A stretch of DNA of 64,000 bases, from assembly GCA_964470735.1 (NCBI GenBank), contig CAYYDX010000003.1, positions 9,319 through 73,318 on the forward strand. Direction: 5' to 3'. The DNA is from an uncultured Anaerolineaceae bacterium. GTDB lineage: Bacteria > Chloroflexota > Dehalococcoidia > Tepidiformales > Tepidiformaceae. Made by a program: the position numbers and the translations under genes. How positions within the stretch are numbered: position 1 is the first letter of the stretch; each line of letters begins with the position of its first letter. Below, one piece after another: positions 36,192 through 46,060 of this stretch. The notes beneath the pieces are model-generated. The model searched no databases, had not been told where the DNA came from, and saw only the letters and a list, made by a program, of their open reading frames with translations.

Positions 36192-36213
36192 GCATATGAC
36201 TTTAGTCATATGC
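36192..36213. promoter_or_regulatory. Perfect 22-bp AT-rich palindrome (candidate operator)
   Basis: GCATATGACT-TT-AGTCATATGC lies about 100 nt upstream of the second binding-protein gene. A related half-site TTAAAGTCA is at 36169-36177. Confidence 0.5.
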
Positions 36214-36314
36214 CCTTGGGCCGCTCTGGCGCGGACTATGCAGCGCACGCGCGGCCGCGTTGCCAACCGGCAATGCGGGATGCAAGGGACAAGCTTCAAG
36301 GGGAACCGAAACGA

Positions 36315-38162
36315 ATGGATCAGAGTAACTACTGGGTGCGTCGAGGGCGGACTGGACGCGTCACCCGCCGCCGCTTTGTTGGGGGTGTCACCGCTGCCGG
36401 CGTAGGCGCGGCCAGTCTCAGCCTCGTTGGTTGCGGCGATGATGACGATGACACAGCAGCGCCGACAACCGCCGCCGGAACCACCGCCACCACCGCTACC
36501 GGCGCCAGCCCAACCGCTCCAGCGGTTGTCGACGGCGGAATCTACCGAGGTGTGTGGCTCGGCGGAACGCAGTTCGATTCCGTCGATCCGCACCGCGGCA
36601 CCCGCGACGAAGTGGGCTGGCTTTCCAGCTATGTCCTCAACAAGATCGTGCGCTTCTCGAACCCCGACGCCGGAGACCTCGAAGGCGACCTTGCCGAGAA
36701 GTGGGAAACCCCCGACTCGCAGACCTTCACCTTCTCCGTCCGCAAAGACGTGAAGTGGCAGGACACGCCCCTCACCAAGGGCCGCCAGTTCACCGCCGCG
36801 GACCTCAAGTGGCATATCGAACGCCAGCAGGAGGGCAAGCTCCTCGATGGCTCGACGCCAACCTTCCGCTTCAAGTCCGACTGGGCCGGCGTGAAGGTTG
36901 AGACGCCCGACGAGTACACCCTCAAGGTCACGCTGCCAGCGCCGAACGGCTCGTTCCTCTCGCGCCTCAGCGCGTTCTTCGCGAACGTGCCGAACCGCGA
37001 AGCGACCGAGAAGTTCGAAGGCGCCGCCGGCACCCTGACCGAAGAGGCGATGCCCGGGACGAACGCCTTCACACTGAAGCAGTGGCGCACCGGCCAGGAC
37101 ATCATCATCCAGAAGAACCCGAACCATTTCCGCAAGGGCCAGCCTCACTTCGATGGCATGGTCAACCCGTGGGGGCTGTTCGGCGACCCGAATGCCTACC
37201 GCCTGGCCTTCGAACAGAAACTCGTCGACGCGTGGAGCTCGCCCGACCCGTCGGTCACGAAGGCCGTCCTCGACGCCAACAAGGCGAACATGACCGAAAC
37301 GCTCACGGGCGTCGCCAATACCGTGCTGCTCCACCTCAACGTGCACAAGCAGTTCAAGGACCCGCGCCTGGTGAAGGCCATGAATATGGCCATCGACCGT
37401 CGCCAGATGATCCAGGCGTTCCACCAGGGTCTCGGCCAGGTTAGCGGCCCCGTCACGTGGCTCCAGGAAGGCTACGCCGTCAAGCCCGACGACCTCATCA
37501 AGCGCCCCGGCTATCGCGTTGACCGCGCGGTCGAAATCAAGGAAGCGCGCGACCTCTGGGCAGCCGGTGGCGGGCCCGCGCTCGGCGAAGTCGACATTCG
37601 CGTCCCCGATACCTGGCTCGGGCCCTGGCCGGACACCAACCAGGTGCTCAAGAAGATGTTCAACGATTCGCTCGGCGTTTCGCAGTTCACCTCCACCAAG
37701 TGCACCTACAACGAGGACATCATCCCGAACCTCGCGAAGGGCGAGTACCCGAACTGGATGGCCTGGACGAACTCGGTGAACTCGCCGGACCCTCGCACCG
37801 ACCTCTACACATCGTTCCATTCGAAGGGCAGCCAGAACTGGAGCCGCGTCAACAACCCGGATCTCGACCAGCTGTTGGACACAGCGCGCGTCACCGCCGA
37901 CGTGCCCAAGGCCCGCGAACTCGTCTTGAAGGCCGAGGATATCCTGCTCGATAACGCCATGTACGGCGCCATCATTCTCTACAACTACATCAGCCGCAGC
38001 GCGAGCTGGAACTACGTCAACTCCAACGCGAAGGTGAAGGCTTCGGGTGGCAAGCCGGCCGCTGGCTACAACCTCTTCGCCGGCCACCTCGTCGCCAAGA
38101 ACATGAGCTTCAACCCTTCCGACCCGTCGTACACCGACGCCATCAAGGGCCGCAAGCTCTAA
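36315..38162 (+). CDS. ABC transporter substrate-binding lipoprotein, family 5 (peptide/nickel type), Tat signal
   Basis: The start is trimmed to ATG 36315. Tat motif plus lipobox: TRRRFVGGVTAAGVGAASLSLVGCGDDDDD. Family-5 body. Confidence 0.88.
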   Translation: MDQSNYWVRRGRTGRVTRRRFVGGVTAAGVGAASLSLVGCGDDDDDTAAPTTAAGTTATTATGASPTAPAVVDGGIYRGVWLGGTQFDSVDPHRGTRDEVGWLSSYVLNKIVRFSNPDAGDLEGDLAEKWETPDSQTFTFSVRKDVKWQDTPLTKGRQFTAADLKWHIERQQEGKLLDGSTPTFRFKSDWAGVKVETPDEYTLKVTLPAPNGSFLSRLSAFFANVPNREATEKFEGAAGTLTEEAMPGTNAFTLKQWRTGQDIIIQKNPNHFRKGQPHFDGMVNPWGLFGDPNAYRLAFEQKLVDAWSSPDPSVTKAVLDANKANMTETLTGVANTVLLHLNVHKQFKDPRLVKAMNMAIDRRQMIQAFHQGLGQVSGPVTWLQEGYAVKPDDLIKRPGYRVDRAVEIKEARDLWAAGGGPALGEVDIRVPDTWLGPWPDTNQVLKKMFNDSLGVSQFTSTKCTYNEDIIPNLAKGEYPNWMAWTNSVNSPDPRTDLYTSFHSKGSQNWSRVNNPDLDQLLDTARVTADVPKARELVLKAEDILLDNAMYGAIILYNYISRSASWNYVNSNAKVKASGGKPAAGYNLFAGHLVAKNMSFNPSDPSYTDAIKGRKL

Positions 38163-38199
38163 GCCGCGCAAGCGCAGACTCAGGGGAACGGAGAGCAGA

Positions 38200-39159
38200 T
38201 TGACCAACTACATCATTCGACGGCTGTTGCTCAATCTGCTCGTCCTCTGGTTTGTGGCCACGCTCGTATTCATCGGGACTCACGCGCTTCCCAGCGACTT
38301 CGCACAGATGCGCGTGGCCTCCACCTTCACCGGCGAAGACCAGACGGAGGCCATCCGCTCGGCGCGGCGCGAACTCGGCCTCGACAAGCCGCTTCATCAG
38401 CAGTACGTCGATTTCATGGGCGAACTGGCCCGTGGCGACCTCGGCACCTCGATGGAGACACAGCGGAGCACCTGGTCCGAACTGAAGCAGCGCGTCCCCA
38501 CGACCCTCGAACTCGGGAGCATCATCGTCCTCGTCACGTTCGGCCTCAGCATCCCGATCGGGGTTATCAGCGCAGCGAAACAGAACACCTGGATTGACGT
38601 CGTCCTCCGCGCTGTCGCCGTTCTCGGCGTCGCGATGCCGGTGTTCTTCGTCGCGCTGCTCCTATCGCTCCTGGTAGTGAAGCTCTCGCTCTTCAAGATC
38701 GACGTCGTCGGGCACCCCCACCTCTGGAACGAGCCAGAAGCGGCGGCCAAGCTCTATGTCATCCCGGCCATCGCAGGTGGCATCGCTGGTGGAGCCGGCA
38801 TCATGCGCATCCTCCGCTCTCAGATGCTCGAGGTCATGCGCCAGGACTACATCCGCACCGCCCGCTCGAAGGGCCTGGTCGATTCGAAGGTCTGGGTGCG
38901 CCACGCCCTCAAGAACGCGATGCTCCCCGTCCTCACCATTATGGGCTTCACCATCAGTGGCATCGTGGGCGGCCAGATCATCCTCGAGACCATGTTCAAC
39001 ATCGATGGTGTCGGGCGCTTCCTCTTCTCCCGGCTCAACGCGCGTGACTTCCCGCCGTTCCAGGGCACCGTCCTCATCATCGCCTGCATCATCGTGACGA
39101 TGAACCTCGTCGTCGACCTCACCTACGCGTGGATCGACCCGCGCATTCGCTACAACTAG
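38200..39159 (+). CDS. ABC transporter permease (DppB/OppB-like)
   Basis: N-terminus NYIIRRLLLNLLVLW, EAA-loop region YIRTARSKGL, C-terminal DPRIRY. TTG start with a GGAGAG RBS. Confidence 0.92.
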   Translation: MTNYIIRRLLLNLLVLWFVATLVFIGTHALPSDFAQMRVASTFTGEDQTEAIRSARRELGLDKPLHQQYVDFMGELARGDLGTSMETQRSTWSELKQRVPTTLELGSIIVLVTFGLSIPIGVISAAKQNTWIDVVLRAVAVLGVAMPVFFVALLLSLLVVKLSLFKIDVVGHPHLWNEPEAAAKLYVIPAIAGGIAGGAGIMRILRSQMLEVMRQDYIRTARSKGLVDSKVWVRHALKNAMLPVLTIMGFTISGIVGGQIILETMFNIDGVGRFLFSRLNARDFPPFQGTVLIIACIIVTMNLVVDLTYAWIDPRIRYN

Positions 39160-39178
39160 CCTACGGAGGCCGTTCCCT

Positions 39179-40168
39179 TTGACCGACCAGCCTGCAATTC
39201 TCCCGGGCGCCGGCTACAGCGACTTCCGACGACGACGGAGCTTCGGCTCCACCATGCGCCGCGCCGGGTCGCTCGCGCGCCGTAACAAGCTTGGCGCATT
39301 CGGCGTCGCGATGGTGCTCCTCATCCTCTTTGTCGCCCTCTTCTCGCCGTTCATCAAGCGCTACGACGACGCGCAGACGTTCCAGACAGCGAACCCCAAC
39401 TTCAACCCAACGGCGAACCCGCTCGATATCGCCGCCAACCCCGGGCTCGGCTCACCATTCATCCTCGACCGCTGGGAGAGTCCCCTTAGCGCCGACCACT
39501 GGCTGGGCACCGACCAGTTCGGTCGCGACATCTACGCACGTATCGTCGTTGGTGCGCGGTTGGCCGTGCTTATCGGTGTGGGCGCAAGCCTGATCGCCGT
39601 CATCTCCGGGAGCATTGTCGGGCTGGTGTCCGGGTACCTCGGCGGCAAGGTCGACCTCGTGCTCCAGCGCTTCGTCGATGCGATTCAGGCGTTCCCCGGC
39701 CTCGTCCTCCTCATGCTGATTGTTTCCATCATGGACAAGCCGAGCCTCACGCTGATGATCCTCGCGCTCGGCTTTCTCGGCTTCGCGACCTCGGTGCGCA
39801 TCGTCCGATCATCGGTGCTGGGGGTGTCGCAGTCCGCCTTCGTCGAAGCAGCCCGCTCCTACGGCGCCACCGACATCCGCATCATGCTCCAGCACGTCTT
39901 GCCGAACATCATGGCGCCCATCCTGGTCGTTTTCTCGATCAGTATTGGCGCGTACATCCTCGCCGAGGCGTCGCTCTCCTTCCTCGGCCTCGGCCCGGCC
40001 GACAAGACAACCTGGGGCAAGATGGTGAACGCCGGCCGCGTCGCCCTCGACCTTCACCCATGGGAGTCGGTGATCTCCGGTACAGCCATCACCCTCGCGG
40101 TCCTCGGATTCAACCTCGCAGGCGACGCCATCCGCGACGAACTCGACCCTCGCCTTCGCGGCCGCTAG
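39179..40168 (+). CDS. ABC transporter permease (DppC/OppC-like)
   Basis: HWLGTDQFGRDIYARIV, EAARSYGAT, C-terminal DPRLRGR. TTG start. Confidence 0.92.
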   Translation: MTDQPAILPGAGYSDFRRRRSFGSTMRRAGSLARRNKLGAFGVAMVLLILFVALFSPFIKRYDDAQTFQTANPNFNPTANPLDIAANPGLGSPFILDRWESPLSADHWLGTDQFGRDIYARIVVGARLAVLIGVGASLIAVISGSIVGLVSGYLGGKVDLVLQRFVDAIQAFPGLVLLMLIVSIMDKPSLTLMILALGFLGFATSVRIVRSSVLGVSQSAFVEAARSYGATDIRIMLQHVLPNIMAPILVVFSISIGAYILAEASLSFLGLGPADKTTWGKMVNAGRVALDLHPWESVISGTAITLAVLGFNLAGDAIRDELDPRLRGR

Positions 40169-41444
40169 CCGGAACGTCGTCACCGGCGGCGGCGTCGAGC
40201 GCCTCCATCAGGTGCATGACGCGCGCGTCCACCCCTGCCTCGCGCACGGCCGCCTCATACTGCATGTGACACCCCGGGTTGGCGGTGACCACGATGTCCG
40301 GATTCGCGTGAGCGAACTGCTCCGCCTTCCGTCTCCGCAATTCAGCCGACATCTCCGGCTGCACGAGCGAGTAAATCCCCGCGGCGCCGCAGCACACGTC
40401 CGCGCCCGGCGTTTCCACCAGCGAGCACCCCTCGAGCTTCCCCAGCAACGTACGTGGCTGCTCGCGGATGCGCTGCGCGTGCGCGAGGTGGCAGGCGTCC
40501 TGGTACGCCACTGTTGCGTTCAGATTCCCACCGGCGAATCCGTCCAGCAACTCCGAAGAATCCTTCACGCGGGCGCCGAATGCAGCCGCCCGCTCGGCCC
40601 ACTGCTCGTCGTGGGCCAGCAGGTCGCCATACTCCTTCATCGCTGCGCCGCAACCCGCCGAGTTCACCACGATCGGGCCGGTCGTCGATTCCAGCGCCGC
40701 GATGTTCCGTCGAGCCAGTTTCCGGGCGAACTCGAGGTCGCCGTCATGAGCCTGGAGTGCCCCGCAGCACCCCTGCCCCGGTGTCGCGTCCAGCGGGATG
40801 CCCGCCCGCGCGTATACCCGCTCGGTCGCACGATGCACGTTCCCGAACAGTTCGCCCATGACACAGCCGGTGAACAGCACACCGGCGGCTTCGCCCTGGT
40901 GCGCCGCGGAATCACCGGGGCGGTAGGGTTGGCCGACCCTCGCCGGGATCTGCGCCTCCATCGCGCAAAGCCGCCCGCGCAGTAGCCCGCTCCTGCGAAG
41001 CAGTCTGCGTGCGAACGAGTTCGCGTACCAGCGTGCGGGCGCCACGGCCGCGGCCACGACTCGTGGTCGCGCCACCACGTTTCGAAGCACGAACTTGCGG
41101 ATGCGCCGCTGGCCACGCCCCCTCGGGGCAGCATGATCAAGTTGCGCGCGCGCATGCTCCTGGATGCGCCCGTACGGCACACCGCTCGGGCAGACCGCCT
41201 CGCAGGCGCGGCACTGCAGGCACAACTCCCAGTGCCCCTGGATCGACGGAGTGAGTTCGCTCCGGCCTTCCGCGATGAGTTTCGCCATGTGAATACGCCC
41301 GCGCGGCGATTCAACCTCGAGGCCAGTGACGAGGTATGTCGGGCACGCACTGAGGCAGAGACCGCAGTGGACGCAGCGGCTCAAGTCGTCTTCCGCCGGC
41401 GCTTCCGCGAGTAGTGGCCAGAGCGGCCGGTCAGATGCCACCAA
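40110..41444 (-). CDS. glcF: Glycolate oxidase iron-sulfur subunit GlcF-like (Fe-S/CCG-domain oxidoreductase)
   Basis: Two ferredoxin-type motifs ([12 protein letters not shown] and [12 protein letters not shown]) followed by Cys-rich CCG-type regions. Confidence 0.88.
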   Translation of the reverse strand: MVASDRPLWPLLAEAPAEDDLSRCVHCGLCLSACPTYLVTGLEVESPRGRIHMAKLIAEGRSELTPSIQGHWELCLQCRACEAVCPSGVPYGRIQEHARAQLDHAAPRGRGQRRIRKFVLRNVVARPRVVAAAVAPARWYANSFARRLLRRSGLLRGRLCAMEAQIPARVGQPYRPGDSAAHQGEAAGVLFTGCVMGELFGNVHRATERVYARAGIPLDATPGQGCCGALQAHDGDLEFARKLARRNIAALESTTGPIVVNSAGCGAAMKEYGDLLAHDEQWAERAAAFGARVKDSSELLDGFAGGNLNATVAYQDACHLAHAQRIREQPRTLLGKLEGCSLVETPGADVCCGAAGIYSLVQPEMSAELRRRKAEQFAHANPDIVVTANPGCHMQYEAAVREAGVDARVMHLMEALDAAAGDDVPASGREGEGRVRRGWRRLRG

Positions 41445-42618
41445 CGAACCTCCCGCGATTGAAGCGGCCGTCCGGGTCGTACACCGCTTTCATGCGCTGC
41501 ATTAGCGCGAACGAACCCGGTGGTTCGCCCCACACATCGACACTGCCGCGCATCCCGTCCGGCAGCCGTTCGACCACCACCGATCCCCCATAGCTGGCTG
41601 CCTCCCGCCGAAGATTGGTCAGCAGCCCACCGAGTTCGCGGGCGCTTGGAACCGCGCCTGCTCGCCAGGCTGCTCGCACGAACGACCCCGCGGGTCGTGC
41701 GATGACCGTCGCCGGTGAAAGCGCCCGCAACTGTGCCACACAGTCCACCATAGCCGACGGCAGCACCGCGATGCGAAGCGACAGCGCATCGCCGTCCGCG
41801 AAGCCGGCGTCGCGGAGAAACTCATACGCGCCCGGCCGTGCCGGGAGAAACGCCTGCCCGGGCGCGAGTGTTGAAACCGCCGGGAGCGTGCCGTTAGCAA
41901 CCCGCACGCAGAGCCGGCAGCGGCCGTCCGTCTCGCAGATGTCGAGGTACTCCGGCCGGATGTCGCCTGAGATGAACCGGTCTGCGAGGGCCAGCCCGGA
42001 TTCGAACCCGGAAACGTCGCACTCGAGGTCGGTCGTTTCGGGCAGCGGCAACACGCGCACCGCCACCGACGTGATGATTCCAAGCGTGCCGAGCGAACCT
42101 GTCCACGCGCGCATCAGGTCATACCCCGTGACGTTCTTCACCACGCGGCCGCCGGCGTGCACGAACTCCCCATCGGCGCGCAGGACCGTCATCCCGAGCA
42201 CAAGGTCGCGCGGCAGGCCATACCGGCTGCGAAGTGGCCCGCCCACGCCGGCTGCGAGCGTGCCACCCAGCGTCGCTCCCGGCGCGTGTGGCGGGTCGAT
42301 GGGTAGGTGTTGGCCGCTCCGCATGAGAACGTCATTCACGTCGCCGAGCGTGAGTCCCGCGGGAACGACCGCCGTCAGATCCTCCGGCGCGTACTCCATC
42401 TCGCCCGAAAGTGCGTCACGCAGCTCGACCACCGCGAACCGCCCCCCGGGCGGCGTGCCGAGCTCGATCTGCGTTCCCGAGCCAGCCAGCACGAGCGTTC
42501 GCCCGTCGCCCTGGCGCACCAACTGCCGCAGCTCGTCGAGTGTCCCCGGCCGAAGGACATCCTCGGGAGTTCGCCCGGCGACCTTTCGCGTCTTCGCCGT
42601 GGCGTCAGACATACGCAT
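41431..42618 (-). CDS. glcE: Glycolate oxidase FAD-binding subunit GlcE-like
   Basis: FAD-binding PCMH-type pattern ([13 protein letters not shown]..., [10 protein letters not shown]...). The start is ATG 42618 or 42612, both overlapping the end of glcD. The upstream part of the ORF is junk. Confidence 0.85.
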   Translation of the reverse strand: MRMSDATAKTRKVAGRTPEDVLRPGTLDELRQLVRQGDGRTLVLAGSGTQIELGTPPGGRFAVVELRDALSGEMEYAPEDLTAVVPAGLTLGDVNDVLMRSGQHLPIDPPHAPGATLGGTLAAGVGGPLRSRYGLPRDLVLGMTVLRADGEFVHAGGRVVKNVTGYDLMRAWTGSLGTLGIITSVAVRVLPLPETTDLECDVSGFESGLALADRFISGDIRPEYLDICETDGRCRLCVRVANGTLPAVSTLAPGQAFLPARPGAYEFLRDAGFADGDALSLRIAVLPSAMVDCVAQLRALSPATVIARPAGSFVRAAWRAGAVPSARELGGLLTNLRREAASYGGSVVVERLPDGMRGSVDVWGEPPGSFALMQRMKAVYDPDGRFNRGRFVGGI

Positions 42619-44053
42619 CGGGACCGGCCGCCGCAATTGCGGCGGCCTGGTGAGCCATCTCGCCACAGCCCGTGCCGGTGGGCAGGAGTTTGCAGGGGTT
42701 GAACGCGCCGTTGTTGCCGAACACCGTGCGCAACCGCTCCATGTTCTCCACGTCGGTCTCGTTGTAGAGCCAGGGCATGAACATCCGCTTCTCCGCGCCA
42801 ATGCCGTGTTCGCCGCTAAGCGCTCCACCGGCGTCGACGCATGCCTTCATGATTTCCGAACCCGCTTGCAGCACCCGCTCGGTCGCCCCCGGGCTGCGCT
42901 CATCGAACAGCACGAGCGGATGGAGGTTGCCGTCGCCCGCATGGAACACGTTCGCGATAGGGATGCCGTACCGCGCCGAAACCTCCGCGACGACGTCCAT
43001 TACCTCCACGAGCTTCGACCTCGGCACAACGCCATCGAGGATGTAGTAGTTCGGCGCCAGCCGCCCGAGCGATGGGATCGCACCTTTGCGGCCTTTCCAT
43101 AAGAGTTCGCGCTCCTTCTGACTCGAAGCCACGCGAACCTCCTTCGCCCCACGCTCCAGGCACTCCGCGCGTACGCGCGCCGCCTGTCGGTCGATGACGT
43201 CGGGCAGACCATCCAGTTCGACGAGTAACACGGCGCCCGCATCCGGCGGATAACCGCACTGGAGCCCGGCCTCAGCTGCCTGCAGACAGAGTTGGTCCAT
43301 CATCTCCATCGCCGCGGGGATCATCCCCGCGGAAATGATCGCGGAGACCGTCTCGCTGGCCTCGTTCACCGAATCGAAGACCGCAAGCAGCGTGATCACG
43401 CTCGCCGGCAAAGGAACCAGCCGCACCACCACCTTCGTCGCGATGCCGAGCGTCCCCTCGCTCCCGATGAACGTTCCGCGCAGATCGAGACCGAATGCGT
43501 CGGGCACGCGGCCGCCCAGCCAGGTGATGTCACCGGCGGCGGTCACCACCTCGATGCCGAGAACGTGGTTCTGCGTGACCCCGAGCGCGAGACAGTGCGG
43601 ACCGCCTGCGTTCTCGGCGACGTTTCCGCCGATGGTGCAAGCCTGCTGCGAACTCGGGTCCGGCGCGTAGAAAAGCCCGAACGGCGCGGCTGCTTTCGAA
43701 AGGTCGAGGTTTGGCACGCCCGGCTCAACGACTGCGATCCGGTTGGCCGGGTCTATCTCGACGATCTGTCGCATCCGGCTTGTCGAGACAACGACACCGC
43801 GCTGGGCGGGGACACTGCCACCGCTGAGGCCCGTGCCGGCCCCACGCGGCGTGATCGGCAGGTTGAAACGGTTGCACACGCGCACCACAGCGGCGGTCTC
43901 CTCGGCGTTGGCCGGGAGCGCGACCGCGTGCGGCATCGACTTTTCGATCGTTCCGTCGAACTCGTACACCGCGAGGTCTTCCTTGCGCCAGAGCACGTTC
44001 GGCTCGCCAACCGCGCCGGTCAGCGCATCGACCAGGTCACGAAGCGTCGGCAT
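42605..44053 (-). CDS. glcD: Glycolate oxidase subunit GlcD-like (FAD-linked oxidase)
   Basis: The start is trimmed to ATG 44053 ([13 protein letters not shown]...). Motifs: [11 protein letters not shown], ...[10 protein letters not shown]. This is the FAD-linked oxidase family, which D-lactate dehydrogenases share. Confidence 0.9.
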   Translation of the reverse strand: MPTLRDLVDALTGAVGEPNVLWRKEDLAVYEFDGTIEKSMPHAVALPANAEETAAVVRVCNRFNLPITPRGAGTGLSGGSVPAQRGVVVSTSRMRQIVEIDPANRIAVVEPGVPNLDLSKAAAPFGLFYAPDPSSQQACTIGGNVAENAGGPHCLALGVTQNHVLGIEVVTAAGDITWLGGRVPDAFGLDLRGTFIGSEGTLGIATKVVVRLVPLPASVITLLAVFDSVNEASETVSAIISAGMIPAAMEMMDQLCLQAAEAGLQCGYPPDAGAVLLVELDGLPDVIDRQAARVRAECLERGAKEVRVASSQKERELLWKGRKGAIPSLGRLAPNYYILDGVVPRSKLVEVMDVVAEVSARYGIPIANVFHAGDGNLHPLVLFDERSPGATERVLQAGSEIMKACVDAGGALSGEHGIGAEKRMFMPWLYNETDVENMERLRTVFGNNGAFNPCKLLPTGTGCGEMAHQAAAIAAAGPDAYV

Positions 44054-44492
44054 CCGCGCCCTCCGCAAGCTGGCATTCGTGGCAGAGTCCAAAAATCGCG
44101 AAGTGGTGCATATCCGGCGCGAACCCGAAGTCCCGCCGCACGTCGCCTTCGAGCCCCTCGAGGTAGCGGTGTTCGATTTCGACGACGTGGCCGCACGCCG
44201 AGCAAACAAGGTGGTGATGAGGCTCTTCGGGCGCCCACTCCCACACCACGTCGCCGCCGCCCATGTCGGTCGAAGTGGCCAGTCGCATCCGCTTGAGGAT
44301 GTCGAGCGTCCGGTAGACCGTGCTCACGTCGACGAACGGATAGTTGTCGCGCACCTGGTCGGCGATCTGAGCAGCGTTAATGTGGCCGCCTGCATGCCGC
44401 AGCGCCCGCACGATAAGCAGCCGCTGGGGTGTCATCTTGTGACCCGCGCGACGCAACAATTCAGCCGTTTCGTCTTCGCACGTCATCTCCAT
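44037..44492 (-). CDS. Fur-family transcriptional regulator
   Basis: MTPQRLLIVRAL..., HHHLVCSACG and a C-terminal CHEC pair. 151 aa. The stop lies 17 nt inside glcD. Confidence 0.88.
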   Translation of the reverse strand: MEMTCEDETAELLRRAGHKMTPQRLLIVRALRHAGGHINAAQIADQVRDNYPFVDVSTVYRTLDILKRMRLATSTDMGGGDVVWEWAPEEPHHHLVCSACGHVVEIEHRYLEGLEGDVRRDFGFAPDMHHFAIFGLCHECQLAEGADADAS

Positions 44493-44552
44493 TCCAGTCT
44501 ACAGATCGGCCCCCACCCGGCCAGTGCCCGGCCCTCGTCTGAACGCTGCATC

Positions 44553-45260
44553 GTGAGGCGCCTGGAAGCGTGCGGGCTGCCCCGGCGAGTCTCCGCGGCC
44601 GAAGATTACTTCGTGACCATCTCCGATGATGAATGGATAGCCGCTGCCCGCGCCCGTGCGGCCGCTGGCAACTGGGAGCGCGACGCCGGCACAGTTCTCG
44701 CCGAACTTCGTGCGAACGCCCAGGCGCCAGCTTCGCCAACTGCCGCGTCACTCCGTTGCCCATACTGCGCCAGCCACCCGCCACTCGTCCGCTTCGAACG
44801 CTACGAAGCGCGAACCACCACCGATCTGCGCTACTGCAACACCTGCTACGGCTTCTGGGGCGCCGGAGACTCCCTCTCGGCGGGTGTTGCCGGCCCTTCG
44901 GAAGAACACCCGGCGCTGACGGCAACTCGTGGGCCCCGCCGCTGCCGTGCCTGCTTCGGCCACCTGAAGCCCGACGGGGTCTGCGCAAAGTGCGGGCAGC
45001 CACTCCCGCTCTTCGACTGCCCGGCCTGTGGAAAGCCCATGGAGCGAGTCGAACGCGAAGGCGTGACCCTCGACCAGTGCGCACCGTGCGCCGGAGTGTG
45101 GTTCGACACGGGCGAGATCGCCGCCGTCTACAAGCTATCGCCTCCGCAAGGGCTCGCCGCCAGCCTGGTCGACGAGCACGCGACAGAGGGGGCCACGCCC
45201 GATTGGCTATCGGCGGCCATGATTGTCGGCAGGATTGCGCTCCCGTTCCTGCCGTTCTGA
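44553..45260 (+). CDS. Multi-zinc-ribbon protein with two TFIIB-type (zf-TFIIB, PF13453-like) modules and a hydrophobic C-terminus
   Basis: CPYC...CNTCYGFW, CRAC...CAKCG, CPACGKPM...LDQCAPCAGVWFDTGEI. It ends WLSAAMIVGRIALPFLPF. The start (GTG 44553 or GTG 44613) is uncertain and no clear RBS is seen. Confidence 0.62.
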   Translation: MRRLEACGLPRRVSAAEDYFVTISDDEWIAAARARAAAGNWERDAGTVLAELRANAQAPASPTAASLRCPYCASHPPLVRFERYEARTTTDLRYCNTCYGFWGAGDSLSAGVAGPSEEHPALTATRGPRRCRACFGHLKPDGVCAKCGQPLPLFDCPACGKPMERVEREGVTLDQCAPCAGVWFDTGEIAAVYKLSPPQGLAASLVDEHATEGATPDWLSAAMIVGRIALPFLPF

Positions 45261-45280
45261 CCAACCGTTGTGGCCGGTTC

Positions 45281-45607
45281 CTACCAGATTCCGAGTTGCA
45301 TGCGCACGTCTTCGCTCGCCATCGTGCGCGGGTCCCACGGCGGGTTCCAGACGATCTGGACGTCGACATCCTTCACGCTCGGCAGTTCGCGGAGCTTTGC
45401 ATAAGCCTCTCCGCGGATGACCGGCCCGAGCGGGCAGCCCGGGCTCGTCAGCGTCATCGTCACGAGCACGTCGCCGTTGTCGTACTGGACGTCGTAGACC
45501 AGCCCGAGGTCGACGATGCTGAGGTTGATTTCCGGGTCGTTCACTTCCCAGAGCTTTGCCATCAGCTCTTCGTGGGTTGGTGCGGTCGTGGTCGTTGCTT
45601 CGGTCAT
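45281..45607 (-). CDS. sufT: SufT-like Fe-S assembly protein (DUF59/MIP18 family)
   Basis: 108 aa: DPEINLSIVDLGLVY...TLTSPGCPLG. It is the last gene of the suf operon. Confidence 0.85.
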   Translation of the reverse strand: MTEATTTTAPTHEELMAKLWEVNDPEINLSIVDLGLVYDVQYDNGDVLVTMTLTSPGCPLGPVIRGEAYAKLRELPSVKDVDVQIVWNPPWDPRTMASEDVRMQLGIW

Positions 45608-45619
45608 GGCGTGCCCTCC

Positions 45620-46060
45620 TCAGGCTGTGGTGGCGGCCTCTTGCAGGCCTTGTTCGAGTACATTCCAGGACAGGAGCGCGCACTTCACGCGAACGGGCAG
45701 TTTCGCGACACCTTCGAGTGCCTCGAGGTCGCCGAGTTCGCGGTCGGGCAGCGCCCCATCGATCAGCATCGCGCGAACCTGCCCCATTACCCGCCGGGCT
45801 TCATCCGCGGGGCGGCCCTTGATCCGGTCCGTCATCATCGATGCGCTCGACTGGCTGATGGAACAGCCCGCCCCCCAGAACCCGATGTCCTGGATCACGC
45901 CGCCATCGATGTCGAGGTCGATATGAATCTCGTCCCCGCACACCGGATTCACCCCTTCGACGTGGATCGGCGCCGAGGGGATGGGCCCGTGGTTCCGGGG
46001 CTTCTTGTAGTGGTCCAGGATCAGGTCCCGGTAGAGGTCGTCGAACGGGTCTGCGGTCAC
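45620..46060 (-). CDS. sufU: SufU (NifU-like) sulfur-transfer/scaffold protein
   Basis: LYRDLILDHYKKPRN, NPVCGD, GCSISQSSASMM, VKCALL. Confidence 0.92.
   Translation of the reverse strand: MTADPFDDLYRDLILDHYKKPRNHGPIPSAPIHVEGVNPVCGDEIHIDLDIDGGVIQDIGFWGAGCSISQSSASMMTDRIKGRPADEARRVMGQVRAMLIDGALPDRELGDLEALEGVAKLPVRVKCALLSWNVLEQGLQEAATTA

Noticed and set aside
36123-38207. 694-aa minus-strand ORF opposite the second substrate-binding protein gene
   Set aside because: It has a Val/Gly/Arg/Ala-rich low-complexity product. The plus strand has a Tat signal, a lipobox and a family-5 body.
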